Virus record (IMG/VR): IMGVR_UViG_3300009085_000027
Location: 9,935-73,934 of that record
DNA length: 64,000 nt
Direction: 5' to 3' (one strand)
Source: a virus
Both the position numbers and the translations under genes were made by a program. Position 1 is the stretch's first letter, and each line of letters opens with the position of its first letter. Below, piece by piece: positions 29,150 to 38,400 of this stretch. The notes below the pieces were generated by a model, which saw nothing but the letters and a program-made list of their open reading frames with translations, made no database searches and was not told the origin of the DNA.

Positions 29150-29469
29150 ACCTTGACGATCTCAACACCACAGAGCTAGTTGCTCTAGCCCGGGAGAACG
29201 ACCCTGATGCACATCGCGGTCTGGGCCGTGACGTGCTGTTCACCCTAATCACAGACACCTACGAAGACACACTACCTGAACGAAAAGTTGACAAACTCAG
29301 ACTGAAGATCATGGGCTACATCCTGGACCACTGGTCCCAGGTGAACCCTCTTCTGTCCTGCCCGGCAAAAACCAAGAACCCAAGAGCGTGCTTCCGCTGC
29401 ACTGACGTGCAGGTCGTGGAGTGCGCGTTCGTAAACCCCGCTGCATTCGACAAGACCCAAGGAGACTGA
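29146..29469 (+). CDS. hypothetical protein, N-terminal helix-extension-helix-like segment and Cys cluster
   Basis: LDDLNTTELVALARE..GLGRDVLFTLI; CP..CFRC..EC. Confidence 0.7.
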   Translation: MNLDDLNTTELVALARENDPDAHRGLGRDVLFTLITDTYEDTLPERKVDKLRLKIMGYILDHWSQVNPLLSCPAKTKNPRACFRCTDVQVVECAFVNPAAFDKTQGD

Positions 29470-29470
29470 A

Positions 29471-29947
29471 ATGACACTTCCCGCAGGAATCAAGGCTCGT
29501 ACCCGTGAAGAGTGGACTTCGATCGCGAACAAAGAGGAGCCCATCGAGCGCAAGCCCATCATCGACGCCTTGAAGGCGCTGGGCATCGACCCGATGGACT
29601 ACCTCGCCATGGACAATGACGAGCGCGTCGAGCGCGTCATGGCGGCTCAGAGCGAGGGTGAGGAGGAGGCACCGAAGAAGTCCAAGGCCAAGGCCTCGGC
29701 TTCATCAGCCTCGGACGAGCCAGTGACCAATGGTAAGTCCTCGGCTGGCAAGGACCTCGCTGGTCTCCAGGCCACGGTGAACCACCTCCGCGCCGAGGTC
29801 GAGGAGCTCAGCGCGCTGGTTCGCGACGCCCACTTCCTGATCCGAGTCCTGGTTCAATCCGACGCCCGCCTGAAGGGCAACGCCCGGGACGAGGACCTCC
29901 AGGGAGCGATGTACGGCAAGCTCGCGGTGGCCCGGGGAAACGGCTAG
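29471..29947 (+). CDS. hypothetical coiled-coil protein; zero-frame product of candidate frameshift gene
   Basis: GGAG RBS; ends ...CGG GGA AAC GGC TAG. Confidence 0.8.
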   Translation: MTLPAGIKARTREEWTSIANKEEPIERKPIIDALKALGIDPMDYLAMDNDERVERVMAAQSEGEEEAPKKSKAKASASSASDEPVTNGKSSAGKDLAGLQATVNHLRAEVEELSALVRDAHFLIRVLVQSDARLKGNARDEDLQGAMYGKLAVARGNG

Positions 29948-29972
29948 CCCGGACTGACCAGCTTGGGGTCCG
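29935..29972 (+). other. candidate -1 ribosomal frameshift signal (G_GGA_AAC + hairpin)
   Basis: Correctly phased X_XXY_YYZ heptamer at 29935-29941, 8-nt spacer, stem CGGAC/GTCCG with inner CCA/TGG. Confidence 0.7.
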
Positions 29973-30150
29973 TCCACTTCCTGAAGATCATGTGTTCGAC
30001 ATCGACATCGATAAGCTCCACAAGATGTCGATGTCAGAACTCTTCGATCTCATGGGGCAACTGGGCCTCAGCACAGCGGGTCTAGAGGACCGGGCATCGG
30101 CATTGGACAAGCTCATGTCCGATGCCACCACAGTTGATATAGTGGAGTAG
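29935..30150 (+). CDS. -1 frame extension with Rho-N/HEH-like domain
   Basis: Open frame GKRLARTDQLGVRPLPEDHVFDIDIDKLHKMSMSELFDLMGQLGLSTAGLEDRASALDKLMSDATTVDIVE*, ending right at the terminator. Confidence 0.65.
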   Translation, partial: GKRLARTDQLGVRPLPEDHVFDIDIDKLHKMSMSELFDLMGQLGLSTAGLEDRASALDKLMSDATTVDIVE

Positions 30151-30181
30151 GAGGGGGCGGGTGATCCGCCCCCTCTCTTTT
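30151..30181 (+). terminator. rho-independent terminator ending the replication operon
   Basis: GAGGGGGCGG-GTGAT-CCGCCCCCTC-TCTTTT. Confidence 0.88.
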
Positions 30182-30191
30182 GGAGGTCACC

Positions 30192-30710
30192 ATGCGCTAC
30201 CTGCTTTTTGCCTTCACCGCACCCTGGAGTCTCACCATTGGGTGGGGCTGGGTTCTCCTACTCCGACTCTTCGCCGCCAGAGATCTGCGGTGGGAGCCCA
30301 CTGGAGTGCTCACCGCAGAGTGGAGACCCTGGGCAGCCCGGCTCTGGAGGTTCTCCACCACCCTGGGCCGCGGAATCATCTACCAACCCCAACACCGCGC
30401 TCGCCGAGGATCCCCGTGGACCAGAATCCAACACCACGAGCACCTCCATGTCAGGCAGACCGAAGACCTCATGCTCCTTGGCTTGATCCTGGGAGCTGCC
30501 GTCGCCTCACTGACCCAGGACTGGACTCTTGGCATGGTGCTGTGGTGGAGCAGCGGGATGTGGCAAGTCCCCAACTTCCTCACCGCCTGGCTTCGTGGGG
30601 GTCACCCCTACAGGGACGCCGAGCATGAGATCGCGGCCTATGCCGCCACGGACGAGGACGATGAGGGCTGGAGTTGGTTGAAGCGACACCGGGCCAGGTC
30701 GAACCCCTAA
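30192..30710 (+). CDS. membrane protein with HExxH zincin-like motif (DUF4157-like)
   Basis: GGAGG RBS; TLG..I, HEHLHVRQ, EHEIAAY; hydrophobic segments. Confidence 0.7.
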   Translation: MRYLLFAFTAPWSLTIGWGWVLLLRLFAARDLRWEPTGVLTAEWRPWAARLWRFSTTLGRGIIYQPQHRARRGSPWTRIQHHEHLHVRQTEDLMLLGLILGAAVASLTQDWTLGMVLWWSSGMWQVPNFLTAWLRGGHPYRDAEHEIAAYAATDEDDEGWSWLKRHRARSNP

Positions 30711-30714
30711 TCAC

Positions 30715-30732
30715 CTATCAGTTGGTAGGAGG
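30715..30732 (+). promoter_or_regulatory. CTATCAG-N6-GGAGG upstream motif
   Basis: Third copy of the motif. Confidence 0.5.
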
Positions 30733-30738
30733 TGATCA

Positions 30739-31083
30739 ATGCCAACTGTGTTGTTAGTAGAGGACGATGACTTCAAGGCCAGGGCTGTGACCCGAGCCTT
30801 GAAGCACCACGAGGTCGTTAGGGTGGGGGACTTCGAGTCCGCCCTGGTAGTGATGGACTCTGTGTCCATCTACGCCATCGTCACGGACTGGGACTTCCCG
30901 TCTCGCCCAGGTGGCAACCCCGTTCATGGGGCCGGTTCCGGCGTGGTGCGCAGAGCCCAAGAGCTCGGCATCAGGGTCGCCGTGTTCTCCGGGCACCCCA
31001 AACCTCCGGAGTTCCCAGGTGCCTGGCTACCACAAGGGAACAAGGTCCACGAGGAACTGTGCGAAGCCGTAGACGGTCTCTGA
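30739..31083 (+). CDS. stand-alone response-regulator receiver (CheY-like) domain
   Basis: VLLVEDD, IVTDWDFP, VAVFSG; AGGAGGT RBS. Confidence 0.85.
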   Translation: MPTVLLVEDDDFKARAVTRALKHHEVVRVGDFESALVVMDSVSIYAIVTDWDFPSRPGGNPVHGAGSGVVRRAQELGIRVAVFSGHPKPPEFPGAWLPQGNKVHEELCEAVDGL

Positions 31084-31104
31084 CCCTATCACCACTACGA
31101 GACT

Positions 31105-31129
31105 GGCCCCGCACAGGGGCCTTTCTTTT
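31105..31129 (+). terminator. rho-independent terminator
   Basis: GGCCCC-GCACA-GGGGCC-TTTCTTTT. Confidence 0.85.
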
Positions 31130-31131
31130 GC

Positions 31132-31611
31132 CTAGTTCGCGGAGCTCAGCGCCCACGCCGAGAATCCCACAAGGGTGCCGGCGAGGACCACGCCAAGGGC
31201 TAGGGCAAACCCCCAGGTCTCGTAGAACACAGGATCCTGGCTCCTGGCAAACGCCGTGGCCTGATCCCGTAGGTCCTGGCGCAGACCCTCGATCTCGCGG
31301 GCGTAGCTGGCCTCAATAAGACCAAGCTCCCTGGCATGACTGCCTTGAATCATGACCACGGCGTCATCGAAGTGCTCCGACCGCAGACGCAACGCCTGTT
31401 GGTACCAGAGCAGCCGATTGGTCCATCGAATAGCTGTGTCGGTGTTCAGCAGCATGCCCTGGAATGGGACCGCCTCTCCACGGGCAACAGCCTCAATGGT
31501 GTCGTCCCCTGGAGGCAGGTCTGGGGGCGTGTCTGGGGCATCCTGGGCCCAGACCCGTGTCATTGGGGCCAAGACCAGCGCGGCAGCCAGGACGAGGCTC
31601 AGGGACTTCAC
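31132..31611 (-). CDS. exported coiled-coil protein with C-terminal TM (spanin-like candidate)
   Basis: Signal peptide ending VWA-QD, GEAVPFQGMLL, coiled coil, C-terminal hydrophobic helix. Confidence 0.65.
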   Translation of the reverse strand: MKSLSLVLAAALVLAPMTRVWAQDAPDTPPDLPPGDDTIEAVARGEAVPFQGMLLNTDTAIRWTNRLLWYQQALRLRSEHFDDAVVMIQGSHARELGLIEASYAREIEGLRQDLRDQATAFARSQDPVFYETWGFALALGVVLAGTLVGFSAWALSSAN

Positions 31612-31979
31612 GGCTGACCCCTTCCAACCCGAAGCATCAGGTCTTTCAGCTTCTCCGGGTCCTTGCGGAGTTCTTCGACCCCGGCTAGGAGCTGGGCCTC
31701 ATAGTTCTGCAGGATGAGCTGGTTCTTGACCTTCAGGTCCTCGAGCTCGGACTTCAGGCGATCGCGCTCGGCCTCGAGACCGACAATCCGCCTGGCGATT
31801 TCTTCTCGAGACCTGGCATCGGCCTGACCCACGGGGTCTATAACCGCTGTGATCTGCCTACGGGTCAGACGCATCACAGCCATGCCGATGACCACAACCA
31901 ACATCACTGGGGCTAGGACCAGAACCCACCAGTTCTCCCGAGCCCAGGGCCACCCCGTAGTACGCCACCAGTACTTCAT
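31608..31979 (-). CDS. N-terminal TM + coiled coil (i-spanin-like)
   Basis: Single TM followed by heptad repeats; coupled to the holin-like gene. Confidence 0.65.
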   Translation of the reverse strand: MKYWWRTTGWPWARENWWVLVLAPVMLVVVIGMAVMRLTRRQITAVIDPVGQADARSREEIARRIVGLEAERDRLKSELEDLKVKNQLILQNYEAQLLAGVEELRKDPEKLKDLMLRVGRGQP

Positions 31980-32368
31980 GACTGCGGTGGTTCCGCCGGT
32001 GGATTCGACTCACCGGGCAACGACAGATCGTAGCCCCGGCGCTTCGCCATGCCCTTGAAGACTTCGTAGGCAAACACCGAGGTGACGCCGCTGAAGGCGA
32101 AGTACGTCATCGCGGCCACGGCGCCATCAACCCCAGGCTCTGGACTCCGCCAGAAGGCTCCAACAACCAGACCGGCTAACACGGGGTGAAGCGGCAGGGT
32201 CTTCCGCATCCACCACCAGAACCACTGCATCGGACGACGCTTCTTGGCCTGCTCCTGGGTGAACACCCTGCGATTCATCACGACACCCACCATGCCGAAG
32301 ACAGACATGACTGCGATGAAGGGCCAGTGGGAAAGAAATGCTGCAAGGATCTCGTTGATCGTTTCCAT
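31976..32368 (-). CDS. putative holin (3 TM)
   Basis: Three hydrophobic helices and a basic segment near the C-terminus. Confidence 0.65.
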   Translation of the reverse strand: METINEILAAFLSHWPFIAVMSVFGMVGVVMNRRVFTQEQAKKRRPMQWFWWWMRKTLPLHPVLAGLVVGAFWRSPEPGVDGAVAAMTYFAFSGVTSVFAYEVFKGMAKRRGYDLSLPGESNPPAEPPQS

Positions 32369-32374
32369 ATTGCC

Positions 32375-34738
32375 TCAGTAGTTTCGGGGCCCCGGGTCTT
32401 GGAACTCAACCTGAGCAGCGAAGATTATGTCATTCACATCTGTAGGTGATGTAGTTACAACAAGGTAGTACCCAACAGTTGAGTTATCGACGACTAGGGA
32501 CAGTCCAGTGATCGCCAATGTTTCGTAACCAATGCCACCAGAAGTGTCTGTTCCAAGACTACCCGAAACAGTGGGAGCCCCTGGGGTTCCGAAGTTGTAA
32601 GTCACAGAACGAAGATCAATGCCGAACCCCGTAACTGCGGTTTCAGTGAGCAGCCGAACCGCCTTGATGGTGGCACCAGTCACTATCGAACGGTTGAGTG
32701 GTATCCAAAGCCTAGCTGATGCCGCCCAGGCCGCCGGGGAGACCCTCGGGGATGTAGTACCCGAGAGGTTCCACAGGGATAGACCCTCGCTTCGGTCCAG
32801 CGTTGGTTCCGCAGACGCTACGTCCGAACCATTGGTCTGGAAGATAAACTGATCAGGTGTGATGGTGACCAGGCGCGTCTTTGCAACAGCGCTGCCGTAT
32901 AGGAAATCCCCGGCTCCGCTACCATCGGCGTCTGCTACTACATTGCTATTGGCATAAACATCGGTGGTCGCGTAGACATTCGCTGCTGCCATGTCTAGAC
33001 GGGCAGAGACACTGCCGTACGAATAGATCGTACCATCGACATCGACCTTGAACGTCTCGCGGTAGCCGTCACCGACCCCAGGGGAGGGCGTGAATGCCCG
33101 GAGATGGGCACGCTTTGAGCCACCTGTGTTCTGCGCCCCCCAGAGGACTAGAGACGCGGCATTGGAGTCATGACCGCCGGACAGGACGTTGTAGCCAACG
33201 ACAGGGGTGGTATCCCCGGCCTGTACTGGATTGGCGTTGTCGAAGGCATGCTTCCTGCCCAGCGCAGACACCGCGAAGAATCCGTAGACCTGCGCGTTTC
33301 CGGAAACCGGTAGGTGGCTAGGGACTGTGCCATCGAGCTTACGGAGTCTGAACCCCTTGTTGCCGGTGTTGATCACATCCATGACCTGGTAGAGGCCACC
33401 GATGTCTCCACCACTACTGCCGAGCTCGACCATCATCCCACCACCACCGTAGAGATAGCGGGTGAGATTGGCGTCTTGGGCCAGCGTGAACAGAACCTCT
33501 CCGTCAATAGGGGAGTTCGCGGAGTACGTAATGTTCGGGATTGGAGCCAAGAGATCTGGCGTTACCGCTGGATCGATCGGCGCCAAGGACAGGTAGTCAT
33601 AGGTCTCGGACAGAACGTCGTAGGACTGAACGAAGTGACCCATACCCTGGGTCTCTGTTGAGGCGTACAGCCGGAACGTCGCCGGACTTCCGTACCTCTG
33701 GTCGAGTGTACTGGTGTCCGCACTGCTGAAGTCGGCAACAAAGCGGCCCCAGCTGTCGAAGCGAGTTGTGTTCAGCTCCGCGCCCTTCGCGTCCATTGCA
33801 CTGAACTTCAGAGATGTCGATGCCCCAGTGCTTGTACCCGGGCCTTGGGAACCCGACTTGACGTGAAGCACCGTGTCGCTGCCGTGCAGCGGAGTCATCA
33901 AGATCTCTTCGGTGCCAACCGCACGGCTGCTATGGGCACCGTAGGTGGCAAACTGTGTTCGCCACACCGTCACAGTACACGGCGAGCTCGCCGCAAATGA
34001 TGGATTCGACCCGTCCACAGCCTTGAGGATGGCCTCGGTATTCAGAGCCCCGGAGTTGGAGTAGTAGTAGAAGCCGTCATCACTGGCGCTACCACTGATC
34101 TGAATCAGGTCGACCCCCTTCATCAGGAGGTCGGTGTCACCCGAAACGTGGAACTGGCCCGTGGTGAGACGAACCGTTGTGGGCAACGCTCCACCCGGAT
34201 TCAGTGTCGCAGCCTGGGTGTACTCCAACTGGGTCTGACCGCTGGACTTAGCCAAGACCTTGCGGTCCATGAATCCGGCGATGGGATCATCCCCACTCTG
34301 GCCGTTGGCTGCAGTGCGCTTTCCCGCGAAGTCAAAGCCGATGCTTCCCGCAGCGGTGTCTCCAACGGCATTGGCTCGGAAGTGACTGAGGTCCCGGGCG
34401 CTGTCACCTGTCGTGGCGCTGCTCACCACAGAGTTGGTTTGCACCGCACCATGGGTCTTGGCGATGTCTCTGCCACCACCGCTGGGACCGACGCTGCCGT
34501 TATCGTAGGCTCCATCCAGACCAGCGGACTCGAAAGCCGCGAGTCGTGTGTTGAGGTCCTCGTCATTCAAGACCAGGGCGTAGTGGGACCTATTTGCGAT
34601 GGCAGCAGTGAGTTGCTCACCGAAGGCAACACCGCGATTACCGGCACCATGCCCGGCTGGATTGGTCAGTGAGATCGGGACCTGGGCTCCGAAGCCACCA
34701 CCATCACCGAACATCTCTTCTTTGGTCTTGAATGCCAT
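32375..34738 (-). CDS. tail/baseplate-associated structural protein (787 aa)
   Basis: Gly/Ser/Thr beta-rich; downstream of baseplate genes. Confidence 0.75.
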   Translation of the reverse strand: MAFKTKEEMFGDGGGFGAQVPISLTNPAGHGAGNRGVAFGEQLTAAIANRSHYALVLNDEDLNTRLAAFESAGLDGAYDNGSVGPSGGGRDIAKTHGAVQTNSVVSSATTGDSARDLSHFRANAVGDTAAGSIGFDFAGKRTAANGQSGDDPIAGFMDRKVLAKSSGQTQLEYTQAATLNPGGALPTTVRLTTGQFHVSGDTDLLMKGVDLIQISGSASDDGFYYYSNSGALNTEAILKAVDGSNPSFAASSPCTVTVWRTQFATYGAHSSRAVGTEEILMTPLHGSDTVLHVKSGSQGPGTSTGASTSLKFSAMDAKGAELNTTRFDSWGRFVADFSSADTSTLDQRYGSPATFRLYASTETQGMGHFVQSYDVLSETYDYLSLAPIDPAVTPDLLAPIPNITYSANSPIDGEVLFTLAQDANLTRYLYGGGGMMVELGSSGGDIGGLYQVMDVINTGNKGFRLRKLDGTVPSHLPVSGNAQVYGFFAVSALGRKHAFDNANPVQAGDTTPVVGYNVLSGGHDSNAASLVLWGAQNTGGSKRAHLRAFTPSPGVGDGYRETFKVDVDGTIYSYGSVSARLDMAAANVYATTDVYANSNVVADADGSGAGDFLYGSAVAKTRLVTITPDQFIFQTNGSDVASAEPTLDRSEGLSLWNLSGTTSPRVSPAAWAASARLWIPLNRSIVTGATIKAVRLLTETAVTGFGIDLRSVTYNFGTPGAPTVSGSLGTDTSGGIGYETLAITGLSLVVDNSTVGYYLVVTTSPTDVNDIIFAAQVEFQDPGPRNY

Positions 34739-34778
34739 GATCTAAATCTCCAGCCAGGTCTTTCCTAGAACAGTGGAA

Positions 34779-35447
34779 TCACCCCAGGCGCATCTCCCAG
34801 CGGACCTCAATAGAGAACACACCCGTCTTGTGGACGGTGTCGAACGTGTCATACGCCACGAGGCTAGTTCCAGCCCCCGGGTAGGTACCAGCTGCACCGT
34901 TGGGCAGCTCAGGATTGGCAGCCGAGGTGTACAACCCAATCTCAGAGAGCGGAACCGAAGTGAACCCACCCCAGTTGATGTCCGAGACCGAGAACAATGC
35001 GATGAACCGAGTCGACGTCGCAGTCGGGAACGTCCCGGGCGCTACGATCTCCTTCAGCCATGCTGGGTTCGGAGCCGCATAGTCCGTCACCGAAACTGGA
35101 CGCTCCAGATTACTCACCGTGACATCGATATCGGTCTGGGCGTTGTGCGGACCACCAAGGTACTCGTAACCCAAGGGGTAGACATCAGAGTACGGCGATG
35201 CGCTGGCGCTGCCCGAGTTCTGGCGAGTTCCACCGATCCCAAACCCGACGTAGCGAACCACGTGGTTCTGATGGCGGGTGAATCCGCCGGGGGTCAAGGA
35301 CTGTGGAGTGATGGTCTCACAGATGAACTGCCGACCACTGTTCACCACAATGTTGTGGGTGCGCTGGTGCCACCGCCTACGCTTGCCACGCTCGTACAGA
35401 TCGATTTCCAGATTCCAGCGAACGTCTATGCCTTCATTGATCTTCAT
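34779..35447 (-). CDS. tail collar/fibre-attachment baseplate protein
   Basis: HNIVVNSGR, VGFGIGG, LSEIGLY, LVAYDTF..VHKT pattern. Confidence 0.7.
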   Translation of the reverse strand: MKINEGIDVRWNLEIDLYERGKRRRWHQRTHNIVVNSGRQFICETITPQSLTPGGFTRHQNHVVRYVGFGIGGTRQNSGSASASPYSDVYPLGYEYLGGPHNAQTDIDVTVSNLERPVSVTDYAAPNPAWLKEIVAPGTFPTATSTRFIALFSVSDINWGGFTSVPLSEIGLYTSAANPELPNGAAGTYPGAGTSLVAYDTFDTVHKTGVFSIEVRWEMRLG

Positions 35448-38400
35448 GGGAGAACGACTCCTCCGGACTTGACTACGGCGGTTACCACGTACGTGCCAGC
35501 AGGGAGATTCATATCATAGGTCGGACTGAATGTACCCCCGGGAAGCACGTAGGTGCCAAAGACATCAGTGACCAAGGTGTCGGCAAAGAACACGGAATCG
35601 AAGGTAATGATGCCCCCGCCCCATACGATCGTGAGTAGGAACTCGATGTAGTCCTCTGGACAGTCCACGATCCCATCGAAGTAGGTGATGCCGTCATCGA
35701 ACTCGGACCACAGGGTCCCATCGCCGCGGTAGTCGTCATAGCTGTAGACCCGGCCGGAGGGACAGGTCGAGTCGAAGAGGTTGACGTTCAGGGTCCCGTC
35801 GAGTTCATCCACTGGATCTATGGTGTCGTCGACCTGTCGAAGACCGAGGAGCAGGGGGTGCGTGTACGTCGGTTTCACCTTCGAGATAAAGCTGAACAGC
35901 AGGGACAGGTTGGAGATGGAAACCAGGTCAAGATTGAACTGAACCAAGAAGTAGTGGAACTTCTCGATTTCCGTGAGTAGTCCGCCGCGAACGAACGGGA
36001 TGTACCACGTTGGGTCGTTGTAGAGATCAATGATGTCGACACCGCCACCTATTGGGGAGAACTGTGGAATGCTGTCTCCCGTGGCCCAGGGCAGGTCGGT
36101 TTCGGGATTGATGGCCAGGCCACTGGTCTGTGTCAGATTCAGCGGGTCCTTCTTGTAGTAGTAGGTCCTGACTGTCTCCGACGTGATCGAGGTGTCCCCG
36201 GTGTAGTCTCGGATCAGTACGCGACCCGAGGTGGGGCTGAAGTCGTATCGGATCTCTTCGATGGTTCCGGCCACCTCTGCGAATGGCTGACCGAACAAGA
36301 TCTGGGCTCCGACCTGGACGGCGAACACACTAGGACCACGCTGCTGGGCGTAGATCAACCCAGCGACACCAGCGACGTAGTTGAAGTCGTCGGGGAGGTT
36401 GGCAGCATCATCACGAAGGAACCCAGCCAGTGTACCGAACAGGTCCTCGACGTTGGGTTCGTTGCTGAATAGTGTGAGCTCGGCCCAGAAGATGTCGGGT
36501 GGCTCCAGGTCTGGTGTGATGAACACAGAATCCCGGAACTGAAGCATCGGGATCGCAGAGCCATCGATCTCTCTGTAGAACGGCTCCAGGATGTAGTCGG
36601 TGTTCTCCATCCACAGCGTGGGGGACGCAGACACCGGGATCTTGTCCTGGAGCCTGGGGATACCAACGATTTCCTCGTGGATGGGAAGGGCCTTGCGTCG
36701 CTTGACGCCAAGGAGTCTGATCTCGAAAGCCTCGGGGTCGAGAAGGGCCCCGAAGAAGCCGTCGAGGTGGGCAGCCAGCTGTGTTGACTTCTGGGCCACG
36801 ACGGTGCCGCGAACGTCTGTGGTGGCAGACGTGCTCACCGCGAAGACCTCGGCCTTCACCATGTCGCCGGGGTAGCTGCCCAGCGTCTCGTAGTCCACTG
36901 TGCTGCGCACTACACTGGGGATCTCCCACTCCGCAGTGGCATCCAGGGGCAACGACGAGGTGAGTAGCACTCGCTGGTTGAGTAGCGGGTCGTCATCACT
37001 GCTCAGTACCCGATCAATGACGAAGGACTGACCATTGTTGAGGACAAGGAGATCTCCGCGCTGTACACCAGACTCAACCAGGTCTGCGCTGCCGCCGGCG
37101 TAATACACACGGTCGGTGATGATTGACCCCGTCGAACCAGAGACGTAGTTGAACACGTCCGTGGTAATATCTAGATCAGCGGCTGCAGTCGACGCCGGCG
37201 TGATGCGGAATGCACGGTTCGCCTTGAAGGACAGCCTGCAGCTCCTGAAGATGAAGAATACGGTCGACCCCAGATTGTCGGGTATCGACTCACCCACCAC
37301 AGTCAGAGATCCACCAGGATTATTTACGGTAGTGATCTCAAACCGACCTACGTCCGGGATAACCAGGGTGTCTCCAGCGAACGCCCAGCTCGGCAGGGAC
37401 AGTGCAGGAAAGTCAAACACCGCGGTAAACCCGTCGCTGTCGCCGTCATCCACCGTAGATCCAGTTCCGGAGTGGAGACAGGACGGTGCTATGGATCGGA
37501 TCCCGTGGCCATAAGCCCGGATACCAGACCCAATCAATGCAGCATTCACGTCTGCAACGATCTGATACACGGTGTCGCCAGTAAGCGTGACACTCGTCGT
37601 GGTTGTGGCGCTGGGATCAGACCCATTGGGGTACTCGAAGACCAGGGTGTTGCCCGTGACAGTGGGTGTACTGACCTCAAACTCCTGGCCAGCAGAGATT
37701 GACCCATACCGTACCGAGATCTCTACCTCAGTTGGATCCGTCTCTTCAATCAAGGATCGATAGGCCAACCACTTACGCTGGAACACCCGCTGTGCGTCAC
37801 GAAGGCTGTAGTTGTAGTGGTGCTGCCAGACCTCGAGCATCCGACCAGCCAGGATCTGAGCGGCGCCCTTCCAGGCTTCCTCGAACACACCACGGTTCTC
37901 GACGAAGCCCCAGTCGTCTCCAAGACCCTTCCAGATCGGGGACACGTCAGGCTCTTCCCCGAGTGGAGCCCTGGAGCTCACAATGCTGGCCAAGACCTCC
38001 GAGGGTTCAGAGGCAGACTCACCATCGGTGACGATCAGCTCGAACCGATAAATCCCCGGCGCATCGGGTAGGAAGTACGGGGTCTCGGTGTCTGCCTCAC
38101 TGAGCAGGCTCTGGCGAATGATCCGGAAAGGGGAGGCGCCCAAGGAGTCCGGGATCACGTCCTGTGTCACGCTGAGCGTACCACCGGGGTTGTCCACGGC
38201 GTTGATGACCGCACGGATCCCAGCTATTACCAAGACGTCCCCGTCCGTGACCCAGGCCGGGAGGCTGTTCGGGGTAAAGGACAGGACAGTGGTGACACCA
38301 TCAGTATCGCCGTCATCCGTGGTAGCCCCCGTGCTCTTGTCCACGCCGTAGGCAGACCCGTAGGGGACATCGAACACGCGCCACAGGTAGCCCAGAGCGG

